From: Phoronis australis
Lineage: Eukaryota > Animalia > Phoronida
Length of the DNA stretch: 64,000 bases
Assembly (NCBI GenBank): GCA_002633005.1
Contig: NMRA01000799.1
Coordinates: forward strand, 77,660 to 141,659
Direction: 5' to 3'
Of the stretch, positions 34,301-49,300 are shown piece by piece; position 1 is the first letter of the stretch, and the number at the start of each line of letters is the position of its first letter. A model generated the notes under the pieces. That model was not told the DNA's origin, did no database searches, and saw only the letters and a program-made list of their open reading frames with translations. The translations under genes and the position numbers were made by a program.

Positions 34301-37300
34301 AGAAACTCAACTAATTATCGATAATTTCCATTCATTAAAGTCTTGGTCTGATGACTTGTCAGACATTGTTGGAGAACGAGAGTTTGGTAACTTTCCTACT
34401 ACAAGAATCGCAGAAAGACCAAGATGGACCTGTTCGTGGGAAAAAACACTCGTTTTACCCTATGGTTTCAATTGTATTCGCTTTATTCCAGCGCTACCAT
34501 GCCAGTTGATCTTTCACATGACAAACCCAATTTTAGGAGCGCTCCCCGCGTCATTGGCAGATATTAACTCACTGCAGTTGCTTTGCTTTGGCAAATGGGC
34601 ACACTAAAACTGTTAGAATTTTGCCTCATTTTGCATTCCTACTACATACAGTATACTACAATGCAGAATAGTTGATCAAAATTTTAGCGATATGCGGTTT
34701 AGTCGCACCCCAGACATCCATTTCTGTGCATAGGGGTTTCAACACTTAAAGATGAGATTCGTTGTACGTCAGGCTAAACTAGTCACGGAATCAGGAGCTA
34801 TCTTGTAGCCTGTAGTGGCCTCACACATACAACCACACATGTCATTTAGAATAAAAATGATAATGTTTTAGCTGCAAAACACGGTTGTAGAAAAGTCAAG
34901 AACAATTACACTATTCAAGTGACCGTTTTTCTAATCCGTACAAGTCGGACACCAGAATTGCACCAGTGGTACTATACTAATAACTACCAGTATTTTACTC
35001 ATTAAAGATGAAAAACAAGACACTGTAAATAGTCCACCGCTTAATTTGAAACATAGAAACACATGATGAGAACAACGTTTCTAAATGACTCGAATGCTAA
35101 CCACCTCTCGTGAAGTTGAACAATGCCATAAGTGCCAAAGTGCAGTCAATTATTAAGAAGGTCACAAGCGCCACTCGCGCCTCAGTCGCTGACGAAAGCC
35201 GGATGTAATCGGCATAAACGTTCGAACTTTTCCCTGGTAAGTGAGTTTGCGTATTTTTAACATGACATAAGGAGATAATGAACAACCGATTTCGTCAACT
35301 GGAGTTTATCCAGTTCCTTGTACTCTTTAAATCTACATTGCACTTGGTCTCTCCTACATGTATGTAAATGGGCGGTGGTCTTGGTCACATGAGATGTTAT
35401 ACATGTACATAACACACGACTGTTTGCCCACAACAACATAATTATCAAGCTTTATTTCATGTTAAAGTTTTTAAAAACATCGTTTCCTTTTAGGCGGCTT
35501 AAAAGATTTTTCATGAACGATATTGAGGTACTAATTTTTGATAGCTACTCTTGTAGAAGTGAAACAATTTGCAAAAAATTCTTTATAAATTTTGAAAACA
35601 GTGCATAGATGAAAGTTCATATGAATCTGAGATATGATACTGTTCTTGGATCCTACTATGTCCTGAAGACCAAGTAATCTAAATCAGGCTTATTTTGACA
35701 GGAGACGGTTGTGCTCATAACCTTGACGAAGGTGAAATTGAATACAATCCGGATTTTGAGATAACCTGTTTGAGTGTTCAATATTACAGTGGGATCTCGT
35801 GTGTGGCAAAGAGTGGATAATTGCTTCCATCGGCGCTGGTTTAGGAATAGGGAAGCTTGTCGGTGCCTTTGTGGTGGGAATGTTGAGTGACAGGTAACTC
35901 TAAAGATTTGTTTGTAGTGTACAGTGAAATGAAAAATGAAATGATATGTGACTGCTGGTACATGCGCGTGAGAGCAACAGCGTGCGGTAGTCGCGTGTTG
36001 TGCTTTGCTCGCTAGTTGGCAAGATGACGACATGGCGACCATAACCACGCACCAACCGTGGAGAGAACATGACGAAGGTGATGATTTGAACACTTTTAGT
36101 ACCTCATACACTAAAGTAGAAGGCAACAATTGTTTTTATTTGCCTGCTTTTTCAGGAAATAACGAATTATCAGTTTTTTCGAAGCCCTAAAATAAGTGAG
36201 ACCGATGTCCTAAAGGCAATCGGTCGAATTCAAAAATGGAGTTTTAAAATAGGAGAATTTTCGCATAAATTGGCATAACTTGAACCAAGTGACATTCAGA
36301 TCCGTTCACTGCACACAATGCTATTCAATCTGGGCCTTTGCTTCTTTTTTACAGTGCAGTTGTATTTTTACAATATTTTATTACCTTATACAATTCTTCA
36401 GAAAAGGAACGGCTTGCAACTGAAAGTGTTGAGCAGAAAATAAACATTTGTGTAAGAGAAAAATGAGCGACAATTTTAAAGTGTTGAAACGCGCATACCA
36501 CTGCTAAGTAAAATGATAAAAATCTGATCACATTATCTAGTTTTCGAGTTGTCTAGCAATCTTTGGCGTCAATAAAGGCTTAATGCGCGACTATCGTAGC
36601 AGTGGAAAAAACATTTTGTTTCGCAGTAAAACAACCCCTAGGCCCCCCTGTGCTTTAACAGTAAAAGTACATGTACACCCTGCTTATGTGTTCTTCACAC
36701 TCGCTCTAATTGTAGATGGCATGTTGAGTAGTAAAAACGGAAAGTGACGTCAAATGCATATACTGTAGAGGGCTTGATGTATGCAACGAGAGGACAAAAT
36801 AAAAATCTGCTTTTTGCAGATTTGGCCGAAAAAGAACGATGGTCATCTTCTTGTTCATGCAATGCCTGTTTGGTGTACTGAGCACTGTGTCTGTCGATCC
36901 CATCATGTTTATCATTTTCTACTCCTTAATGGCCGGCGCTTCAATGGGCAAATACATAGCCGCTTTCGTTCTAGGTAAGTCGGTAACTTTGTCTACAGTA
37001 GAACTCGCTTTTTTAGTCAGACTCAACAACCTGGCTTATCTGCAAGCCTAAGTGCACGTACTTAAATCATTGTACCGCTCATTTTTTTCCGACTCAAGAC
37101 ACGATATTTACGAGTTTTACTGTATCCAATAACTGCACAATAATGAACTCGGTGATAGTCAGCGTTTGCGTAGTAATTTACTTGGACTACATGTGTGAAC
37201 ATTCGCTCAGCTTGATATACTTTTTTCACTTAAGTTTTCACTGAAATGGACAATTTCTTTGAATACACGGTGCGAACAAACTCCTTGAACAGTTCCTAAT

Positions 37301-40300
37301 CTCATACGCGTTAATCAGTCGAGTACAATACGGCCACGTGATATTGTTTTCCGTATTCTCCTCCCACACTACTTCAACAGTGTCCTCCGACATGGAAAGT
37401 TCAAAACGTAGGTCGATGCAGGGCCGTAGCAAGCCGGGGGACACGTTCCCCAAAAATTTTCCAGGTGTCAGGGTTAAACCGTGGAAACCGACATAGGAGT
37501 GGGGTCGGTGACAATCGAGAAAAGAAAGATTGCGAAATATCGATAAGAGAGAAAATTCAAGAAAACATCTACAACTCTGTAACCGTGCATGGTGTACCTT
37601 TTGAGGACCCTGGCCCGGACATTGTTATTAGGGTCTCCGCTTTTGCACCAGAGGTCGTCTAAACGCATTTGAAAACGAGCACGTAATCACTAATTCACAT
37701 ATTTTGAAAATCAAGAGAAATTGTAAAGCAAAGCTTTTGCAGAGCGTATAAAATTACTGGATTTTTAAATGCAATAAGTCAATTTTGCGAATGCAAGTCT
37801 ATGTTTTAGCCGATTCCTCTGCCTGGCAAAAGATAACTGAGACAACTGTCGCTTTATTTTTTTCTCGAAATTGTATATCACTTGAGAAAAAATTATGGCC
37901 TGACAGACAATCTAAATTGCTGCGAATTTCCTGATTTTTGAAAATATAGATATTTTGAAGATGGCCACTGATGACATTCAAGTGGCTATCCTTTTTGTGT
38001 TTTTATTGACAAATTTTTAAGGGGCCGCTCACGGAAAGAGGCCCCAATGTTGGAATCGATTACCTCTATTTTTCTGTTTTTGTGAAATCGTGCAATCGGC
38101 TTTCATGTTGAAGAAGGTTACTTCCTCCTTTCTTCAAGCAACATTAAAACTGTGCTTTTTGTCCAAAACATGTGATTGATGTCACTTTCGGTTAAAAACG
38201 CGGTGTCAAATTTCCCGTCCTTATTCTGATGAGGAAAGATTTCCCGATGAATCCTCCACTAATTGAAAATTCTCAAAGCTTGTCACGTGCTGATTACACT
38301 GATTCAACAACAATTCGGTAAGCGGCCGGCTTCAGTTGTAAAAATTACTGGTTACGATATGTGCCTTTTTGGTTACTAAGCAGGGCACGACACTCAGAAT
38401 AATGTCATCTCGCCAAACGCGCCCCAGTAGGGGAAGGCGCAAAAGTTTTTAAGCAGACGGTAAAAACCGGGATAATTATATCGCTGTCGTACCTCCGATT
38501 GACCACGAACAAATCTTACTGTAGGCCTGCGCTCCATTCTTCCCTACTCGAAGCGCCATGCTGTGGGATTGTGATGCCACAAGATGGAACTCTGACTGGA
38601 CGGTGCCAGATTAATTTTCACGTTTTAGTGAAACCCAGAATGTGGTTTCGTCCAGTATGCGGGTCGAAATATTAAGTTTTATCAGCTTCGCGGTAGAACT
38701 GTCACAAATTGTTTGAATTGCTTTTAACGTTTCAGGCCTAGAACTCGTTGGCGTGAGATACCGGTCGGTGGCAGGCCTCGGTATATACTTCTCCTGGAGT
38801 GTAGGATATCTGCTGGTGGGTTTGGTAGCCTATTTCATCAGGGACTGGGTTACTTTACAACTGTCGCTCCACCTACCGATTATAGCATTCGTCGCTCTTT
38901 ACGCATGGTTCGTAAATATGCAACGCTTGTGAACAACTAGTGAATATTGTTTTAAATATCGATGGTTATCAATAGGTCTAAACACATAAATCAATAATTG
39001 CTAGAGTATTGTTCAACACTTCAGTTGGGTCACCTGTCTTTAAATCATCAATATACTGAAAACGTATGTTAAAGCTGCATTTGGTGCTGATTAGCTGGCT
39101 AAAACAAACGAATATCGAATAAGACCATTTACTCCCACAAAATCGCTTTCATAATACCTCACATTAGGGCTCAAATTCCATTTCCAATCAAGTCGCAAGC
39201 AATAAATGAATTTGCAATTTTTGAGGGTGGCCAATCCCAATGAACTCCGAAGAATTGTTCTTGAGTATGCTCATGCTGGTAACATGCACGGAGTCATGTC
39301 CCGGCAAGCAGTATTATCACACATTTTTATTAGAGTTCACCTGTTCACCTAGGCTGTGTCCTTCCACTGCAGGAAGTAGCCCTCCGCCAGATCCCTCCAT
39401 TGTTTTCGGTTCTTAGTTGTCCTTGGTCATGTTGCTTCATATCTCTGCATGATGTCGTCTCGCCATCATCTTTTTGGTCTCCCCCTTGTTCCCATGCCTT
39501 TTCTGGCTGCCATTCGGTTGTCCTCAGAGTCCACCTGTTATCCTTTATTCTTGCCACGTGACCAGCCCATCTCCAATTTGTTTCTGTTATGAATTTTGTT
39601 ATATCTGTCATCTTAGTCCTTTCTTTTATCTTGGAATTTGCTATTTTGTCTTTCAAGCTGATAAGTAATAAGGCTTGTTTAGATTTTTGTTTTTAGTCCG
39701 CTAAATAAGTCGAAATGCAGCTTTATGGTTTGATTTACTGCCAGAACCCTTTCTTGGAAAATATAGGATGAATAACGTCTTACTGCAAAACTTAATTCTA
39801 CCCTACCACACCGAGCTATAAAAGCACACGCCAGGCCATATTTTTAATCTAATTTTAGTGTTTTGACCATTTTTTTAACTTTAAATGCATGGAATCAACG
39901 TTAACAGTTTTAAAAATTTGTATTATGGTCAACATTAAATCAGTTGATTATCTACCTGGAGTTGGTGACTTTGATTTCATTGGCCATATTACTGTCCTTT
40001 GGTTCGCTGAAATCGTCAGAAAATGCCTAAAGTACAAAGCATATCTTCCCTTTCTTTAATCAGTGAGAATTACACGATGACTGCAATAATACAAAAGCAC
40101 AGGAAATGTGCTGCTAAAATGGTGATAGGAGAAACCAATATTTGTTGTAGTAAAGGCGACTTTATCTCAGGTTGACGCCCGAATCGCCAAGATGGCTTCT
40201 TCAACGTCAACGTGTTGAAGACGCAATCGTTGTACTGAAAAGAATTACCCGGATGAACGGTGTTGAATGGAACGCGGAGATGGACCAAATGGTGATCACG

Positions 40301-43300
40301 TGCAAGCAAGAAGAAAAACAAATCGTGAGCTTGAAGAAAACTGTTTTCCTTCGGAAATTTAAATTGCAACAATTATTGTATTTTGACATTACAAGCTTAC
40401 GAAAATATGTTATTAAGAAGCGTGAGAACTGTGAAATAAAGACGAAGCCTTGGTGTGGGCTGAGTTATGTAGACGCAACAACCTAGCGAAGAGAGCTAGA
40501 GTGATCACTTGCTTCATGAGTAATACCAGGGGATGGCTTGCAAAGCCTTGTGTTTTCTAGAGGCACTTGCACGTCGTTTTTGTCTATTCTTAGCGGTATT
40601 AACCGATATGTTAATCAATTGTTTTGACTATAACGAGACACAAACTAAAGCTGTGACACGTAGCAATTACGCAAAAAGCATTACTGTTTCAAAGTGTTTA
40701 GTCGGTTTAGTTTGTGTGAATACAACTTAGCTGCGGTGAGAGGTTAAAATAAAAAGCCAACCTTTTTCATGTCATTTTTTGGTAAAAATACGGTTCATTG
40801 ATTAACACAGACACATTTTTCAGTTAATAACGGCTTTAAGTAATTTATTGAATAGTCGTGTGTTACTTGAGCTGTGACGTTTAGGGGTTAGGAATTTCCC
40901 GCCATTTTGTTTTCATATAGTATGACAGTGTGAGCTCAGTGTCGAGTGAGTCATTATTTTACCCCGGTTGTCGTTTGCGTTTGTTTACGAGTCAGTCAAC
41001 ATGGTGCACGTTTGCTGCGTACCGGGATGTACTCATTATCGTCTCACGCGCACTTTGTTTATACCATAGGTATACCATTACATGTCTTTTTACACAACCA
41101 GTCGTACTTGACTCATTCGTGTGAAGAACGCAGAGTTACCCCTCTACGCAAAGTACAAAACAGAGTACATGTAGAATTACCGAGTGTGTGGCAAGCACTT
41201 GCCGTCGGATCACAAAAGAGATAAATACGCGGAATTGATGAAGGTTTCTTCAAGACAACGCCTGAAAAAGGGTGCCCTACTGTCGCTGTTCATTCCCGGC
41301 AGTGCCCCCGTAGCCACCCCGAGAAGTGTATGTTTGAATTGAGAACCCTCGTAAGCTGTGACCTCGACAGTGACTGTAAGCTCTTCATCTACTGTCACCC
41401 GTGACTTCGAACGTACCCCCAGAGTGTACAATTCCGGGAACTAGCAGCGATTCGCTCTTTGCTGCTATAGTCTCCAGCCCAGGACCTGTAAGCTGCCCTG
41501 CAGCGATGTTGAGTTCGGGGAGTGAATACAGGCCCAGTTCGACACCCGTTTGACGAGGACAGTTCATCGTCCACTCGTAAATTTAATTGTGTACTTACCT
41601 AAAGTATTGGAACTATCAAGAAGGGGTCAGGTGTGTGGCGAGGGAGTCACACGACGGGATGTAAGCGGTTTGATAGCTCAGGTCACCAACCAGTGGGAAC
41701 AGCATAGGCATTCTATTGAGGTCGTTATAACAGTGCACACCGTGCATTTGCACCAAGACCTCCCACCACGTCTTCCCTCAGTCTCTTCCTCATCCCTCTC
41801 AACAACTGCCTGTGCAAATTCTGCCTGACTATACTCGGGCTCAAACCTTATCCACCCACTGACTCTTCATGAAAAAATTCCCCGTCACTACACCTATGAA
41901 CAATGTCTACGTCGCTCACATCACTGTGTCTGTGATATATGGTCGCCAACCCCAGCCGTTTTCAGGCTATTACAAACTAAATGATCCCTAAATCCAACGT
42001 AATTGGGTTCTCTAAAACCTTAGCTTGTCATAAAACACTTGTCAATGAGAAGTGGTCACGACAATTTTAGGAAACAGCACGAAAACAAAAGTGGGGCAAA
42101 TCCTCGCAGTAAACGCGAACGCAGAAGCAAATTGGCGGGAAATTCTTAACCCCCTAAACGTCACATCCGGAGTAGGGCACGACTTATCAATAAAATTACG
42201 GGACACCGTAATTAAGGTTATCTCAAACTTTATTAAGTGGCCTCCATTCTAACTCGTATATCAAAAAACCTAAGATTTGTCTGGAAATACAAAAATATGT
42301 TTTGTATTAATATACCATTATTATTATTACGTAAACACCTTTTTAAGTCAAAATTTCATTAGACATTCATAGCAAAATAACAACTGGATCGATTTCAATG
42401 AAACCTTTTTTAAATGGAAACTTCACCAGTTACCTCAAAAACGCTGTTAGGAATTTTCGATGTCATTTCGTTTGGTGTCTATGACAAACAAAATCACAAA
42501 ACGTAAGGAATTTTGTAAAAAAATAGACGTCGTACTCGTCTTTGTTACATTGCGACAAAAGTAGACATTTCTATCGAACATTCTGACAAGTTTTTGGGAT
42601 TGATGACTAAATATTAAGTTTGGAAAGTTTCAGCGAATCCCACCAGGCCGTTTTCGAGAACTCGCGTTCTTAACTTCAAATAAATTCGATTTGCCGAAGC
42701 CGAGAAACAGCCTATTAAACTGGGACAAGTGAAAATCTCAGTCTTCGGTTAATAATTCAGTGAAAATTTGTTTTCGGTAAATATAACCTGTACATGCCTT
42801 ATCCATGTTAGATATTTCAACATTTACTCGCAATGTCAATTAAATTTGCAGTGCGTAATCTAACTTAATTATCATTAAAACGTACCGTCACCAGCCACGA
42901 GGTTTGACCAACAGTTCATTTTTATTAACATAGTCTGTACACATCACGTGCCGGGAGACTGATACGAAACCAAGTAAGAAATGCATAACAAAAATGGAGT
43001 CGGTGGTTAAGGCATGTCGTTAGCAGGAGATCGAAACAGCAAAAGTCAATTTACTTATTGAATTAATGAATTTGGGTGAGAATTTATTTCTTTTCATAAC
43101 TTTATGACCACAGAGGCGTGAGGCGACTGGTAGCATTGGCAACGGTCGTAGGCATGTAGACGCACAACTCCCTCAGAATCAAAACAACCTTACGTTTTTT
43201 CTTAGTTTTCCCGGCACTGTTCCATCATAAGTTCACTTCGTTGAGTCTATTATGGCGACTCGGTGAATGAAAGGGCGGAGGGTACATACGAAGCTGCTCT

Positions 43301-46300
43301 GTACTTGGCGGGAGATTCGATTTGAGTGACCGTCCTGTAACCTATGACCTCGGATAAGTAGTAAACAAATGTCCACGCGGTTGTGTGTTTCCAAGGTGGT
43401 TCTTGTAAATATTTTTTCTCGCTACACGGTATATATTTTGTATTTGAAGTTCCCCGAGAATGAAGATAAGGTATTTTACTAGACACATGTGAAATATTGT
43501 AGAAATGGCCAATTTTTGTGAATAAGGTTTGTGATATCCTTATCTGAAACATATGTCTGGGATAACCAACGAACCGTATTTTTTAATAAAAAATGTCATG
43601 AAAATGTTGCCTTCTCCTTTAAAAACAAACGACGTAATGACTTAAAAATATTCAGCTCTTGCAAGAAACTCCTAAATTATGCCTGAACTTCCAGTTATAA
43701 ACAGTATAGCTTCTGCACGCAGATACCGAACATGTACTTTTTCAAATTTTGAAAAGGAAAATTAGTAAATTCAATTGGCTTTGTTCCTATCTACACGACG
43801 TTGAATTAAAGTAATGTTTTTCTGACAACCATGTTGCCAGTTTAACAATTACGGAAGTTGCTCAATCTTTTCGGTTAAGAGTAAGTTCTAGCCTATACGT
43901 TTAGGGTCCCTATGTCTGTCTGTCGCTGATCTGATGTTGTTTCAGAGCAATCAAACTACCACCCTACTTATTGCTTTACTGAAGTCAAGAACGATGATTC
44001 TGTTCACAGTCGTCAACGCAATGCTGTGGTATGTAGTTCGCTTTGGTTTTTGTAAGTTTTCACATTTCACGTGCCTCTATTCTTATGGATTATTGGATAA
44101 AACACGGCTCACATAACCATCGAGCCACACTTGTAGGAGATTAAACGCAGAAATAAAATCTATGTTAAGGAGTGGTTTGAGATCTGTTGCTTCACACTTT
44201 ACCGTTTACGTTTTTATTTCTCGTTTGGAATTCTAGGTTTTGTGCCACCCTATTATTTTTTGGACTGTCTTTTAATACTTCAAACTTGACCGGTGGTCCA
44301 TACGCCAACTTTGCCATATCCGGCGCAGTAGAGATACCAGCACTATGCTGCACCTACGTGCTGTTGAAAAGTCGACTGGGCAGACGTGGTACCACTTTTC
44401 TTACGGTAATGGCGTCAGCTGCGTTCCTGTTATCTACCGCGCCCATTCCTGAAGGTAATGGTAGTGGTGGCGCGCCAGCAGAGGGCGGTAACACTCTTGG
44501 TGGTTTTGTGAATAATGGTGGATGGTTATGGTAGTGGCGATGGTGGTGGTGGCGGTGTGACGTGGTGGCGGTGTGACGTGGTGGCGGCTTGCGTAGTGGC
44601 CGCGTGACATAGTGGCGGCGTGACGTGGTGGCGNGGGTGTTATGATGGCGGTGTGACGTGGCAGTGGTGTGACGTGTTGCAGTGAAGTTGGTGGACGGTG
44701 TGCTGGTGTTGGGATTTTTATGTCATGCTCCACATAGCGGCGGTAGTCGCAGCAGCAAATTGAGTGGAAGTGAAGTCAACTCAGTTTTTCCGCATGAACT
44801 AATAAATCAAGGGTCACTGGAAGTCGCTGTTTCACCGCTACGCTGCGCTGACTGTTTTTATCTATGTGTAGAATGTTTAAGAGCCATTCAACGAGAAAAT
44901 CAAAAGCAATCAAAAAATAACTCTAGGGATCATCTTCTAGTTTCAGTTTAAACATTGTGTTTGTGATCATGGTGTCGCTCTGGTACAAAAAAATCACCAA
45001 TTTTGGACCTATTCACCTCTTACATGTAGTTCTTTACCAATAGTCCTTCAAAAGTTTACAAAGAATGACACGTCTTTGCAGCTTTTAAATATAAAAAACA
45101 GGTACACTGCCAGCAATGAGAAAAAACACATAATGGTATTAAGAAGTGGGTCATGTGACCACAAAGTAAAATTAATGTTAATTATTTCGCTGTATTCATC
45201 ACGTGACAAGGGAGTTAAAACTCGTAAGCACTTTTTGTAGTGTTGAAAGTGGGTGTCACTCAAGTGCTTCTACAAACCAGTTTGCGGGGTGATGGACATT
45301 GAACTATGTGTTTTGGATAGAACTTGGATAAGTAAAAAATCCCTTGAGTGGGCCGTTTTCATTTTTTCTTCTAAAAATGCTCCAATATTGCGTATTCTAC
45401 ACTTTTTAAAAGCATGTTTTTGTAACTTCGTTACATTTAAAATGGTTTCCAGAAAATAATTAATGGGAATCAACATGCTGTCTGACATATCCCTATTACT
45501 ATTTCACCCGGCAATGAGCGTTCATAACTGACCGCGAGTCAGAAATTACGCAGACACAAGTGATGAAGTAGCTACACTTTTTTAGGCTGAAACGAATAAT
45601 TCATGTATTTTTTAAGGAAAAATTCCGATTTGTGCACCATATCAAGGTAATTAAGCTTTTATTTCAGAAGCTTCTTTGAATTAAGAGTTCGAGTCAGTAT
45701 GAAGCAGTTGAACCGGAAATTATTGTTTCGGTTTGAAGACAAAAGCCTGCATCACATGAAAGGAGTTTATGTTTAAAATACAAAAATGAAAAAATATCAA
45801 AGTCGTATGGTGAATTCAATAGTTATCGAAATTTATGTGTCAAATATGGACTTTATTTTGGTCGGGTCGGCCATCTTGCGATGTCAACAGCATAGGTTAC
45901 GAATTTAAAGTGCTTAAACGATATTTCCTCAAATATTCTGGCGGTAAAATTTAGCAACACATATCCTTACTTACCAGTTTGCACAATCCAAGAGTTAACA
46001 CCAGATTTAATCAGCAGGTGTAACTTGGTGATTAAATTATTCACAATTATCGTTGGACAACATGAACTGAAAGGCATGTTCAACCGGCTACATTGTCATC
46101 GGTGAAGATTTTACTACCATACATTTGTAGACACACTGCTACACAAAGCGGTTTGGTACAGTTTCCGGTGCTTGTGTCCTAACTATTATGAATCTTCTAT
46201 TTCTTTCAATGTGAAGTGCCCATCCAATTTACATTGCACTCTGCTAAATTTTGTTGAAATTGTTTTAGAATTTTTTGTTTGAAACTCAACATCTGTGATT

Positions 46301-49300
46301 ATGTTTCATAATATGACACACCTTTTCTAAATTTCATTCAAAAAATGTGATTTTGATTCATGTTTTGTAACTACTTACTTTCTACTTCAAGATTCATCAA
46401 ACCAACAAAGTGTGAAAAATCTTATTTGATTTTCAGAAATGGGTTATATTCGGATTATGAATTGTGAAGCTTACTTGAACACTTCTGTCATATAGCTTCA
46501 TATTATTTACAATCATGCTTGTCAAATTCTAGTTTAAGGAGGAAGCTTTTATGGTACTCAGTCGCCATGGAAACACTTATGCATGTCTACTTCCATAGTT
46601 CACGGGAATTTGGTTCAGTCCGTGTTGCTGAAAATTTCCAAAGTACATTTTAAGTTACTTACTGTGTCCAAAGGCTGTGAGGATCATTTTAGTTTGCCTA
46701 TTAACTTGAACTGAGATCACACTGTTAGGTGTAAGCCTTAGATACAATGAAAATTTTGAAAGCCATGCGTCCAATATTTTTAAGAGATGTCTCTCGTAGG
46801 TGTGTGACAACAAGTGACAACATCACATTTGCAAGGAATTGGTTAAACAATTAACATTCTGTAAAAATGACAAAACTCAGATTATGTGACTTTCTGTAGA
46901 TATTTTTGGAATGATTATCCGGTAATAAAGTGGACGTTACCAGGGAACCAGTTAGCAGCTGACAGGGGGGCACGGGTTAGACGTGTAAACGATCTACAAA
47001 TCTTTAAAACTGTCACTGGTACATGTATAGCAGCACAGGATAGACTCATTTGAAAACATGCACGTAAATAATCATCTATTACTTTTTGACCACATTAGAA
47101 GTAAGAACTGGAAAACAAAAACGACGCTAGAGTGCAGTATGTAAACGATGTTTCGATATTAATCAAATGTCATCCTCAGGTACAATGGCAAACAGAAAAC
47201 AAAATGTCAATAGTATAAGACTAATGTTGAAATGTCGTTCTCAAACATGCATGTGCCATCGCTTCTTCGATGGTTACATTTCATGAAATTTCTCCAAAAA
47301 TCTAGTTATAGAAACTGTCGCCAGGGGGCCAGCAGCAGTCAAAGTATCTACATGTAAAAACTAACGTTGAATGATTTGATCATAAAGAGATATTTGCAGA
47401 AAATAATGAAGCCCCTGTCTGAGGTTTATGAGATACAGCTGCGTTCTACACGTACTCAGGCACCGTATAATATGCAATGGTATGTCTTTTCTATCGGCTG
47501 TTGCATGAAAACAAACGCAAAGCCCATTTATTTTATTTTTATTTTCTTAGTCAGAGAGCAAACTGATGAAAAATGTCATTGGAAATTACCAGCACTCCGC
47601 AAATTGGCTCCCAGAGCATCTCAAAAATGGCTTAATATCAAATACACAAAATTGAGCAAAATTTATCAAAATTTAGCAATCCAGAGAAGGTTAACGGAAA
47701 CCTCTTGGAAAATTCAAAGACCGTTTTCTGATAGAGAGGTTCATATCTACATCAAAATTATTTTGATTTTTCGTTCCAGTTCTTTTAAACCGTTTTAAAA
47801 GATTTGGATCTTTAGAACCAGAAATGGGCCATTTTGGGCCAAAATATTCTTGATACTCTAACTAAAACAATAGTGGTTGAAAAAATTCCAATAAACATTT
47901 TGAACATATCCCACAAGGATGTATGTTTCTCACAATTTTTTTCAAGATCTGGGTAGGTGACCCTAGAGTTGACCTTTTGGTGCTCTCGTGGAATGACAGT
48001 TAATATTTTGAGACCTTAACATATCTTTCATCATCAAATAGCAAAACGGCCTTCTCCTCAGCTAACAAGTTCAGTTAGATCAGTGGCGATCTTTTCATAC
48101 TTGCAGAGTTTGGCTGGCTAGTAACTTCCTTGGCAATGCTTGGCAAGTTTAGTAGCACTTCGTTCTTTGCCGTTATCTACTTCTACACACCAGAAATGTA
48201 TCCGACTCCTCTCAGGGCGGTTGCAACGAGTACGATTTCGACTTTTGGCCGAATTGGCGTCATTGTTGCTCCCTACATCGCTATCACGGTAAGAATCGTT
48301 TCTCTTTAGTAACTGAGCTTCAGCCCAAGCAACAATGAAGAGGCTGTTTTGACCAAGTTTTTTAACTTTTAAAAAGGGTTGGGTTCTGAAAAACAAATGT
48401 CTCAGCTATTTGTTGAGAGAACTCTGCTTTCATTATGCACCACGGTCAAAACAAGTTTTGCTAACATTCTAAACTAAGTTATCAACAGAAAGTATGGACC
48501 TTTCAACTTCTGCATTTCACGTGGTGGTTATTTGCCTGAGTGCCCCTGCGCTGTTATCGATGCGCTGTTACAGTGTTGGTAACAGCTCAGCGTCATAATA
48601 ATTGTAAAGATTGCTGTATATCAAGGTCAGGGGGAGTGGAGCAGGTGTAGAATTCACTTTTTCGTTTGTTAGCGTCACTCAATGATAGTTTAAGATTCCA
48701 AAGTCAGCTCATATGTAAACAAAGACATTGTATTAATCGACGTTTCGACTGATTGTCACTAAACCATTCTCAAGACAAATATTCGCAACGTTCCACTCAA
48801 GTAACATAAGTGGAGAAATGGAGAATAGTCTCAACACGTACACGTCAAAATGCATTGTGAGGGGAGAGTCTAGAAACTAAAACAGTTGGAGCTCAAGTGA
48901 ACCAGTGTTTCTATTCAGATAGTGCTCAGCGTCATTCAGCCGTATGTGCATAGGTTCCTTTATGAGGAGCCTCAGGGTGGCGCCTCGTCCAACATCTGAA
49001 CACCAGAGTCATGATATAGCCAGTGAAGTTCGTAAACGTATTTTGGCCGAAAACATTTGGGATTAGTCAATATTTCTTATACAAAAAGTGTACTGATCGT
49101 ATGGATTGCACCTGGTACCTAACGTCGATCACTTACTGTTTTCCGTACTTACAGGGAAAGATATACTTCCGGGAGCTTCCTTTGATGATTTTTGGATTGG
49201 TATCACTAGCTGTGGCCGGGACAATATTTTTACTTCCTGAAACGGGATCCACTGCACTGCCAGATACGTTTGACGACGTCAAGAATCTAAAGAAGCACAG

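Noticed and set aside
37419-38050. hAT-like MITE beginning CAGGGCCGTAGC
   Set aside because: No matching right TIR or TSD found, so boundaries are unsupported.
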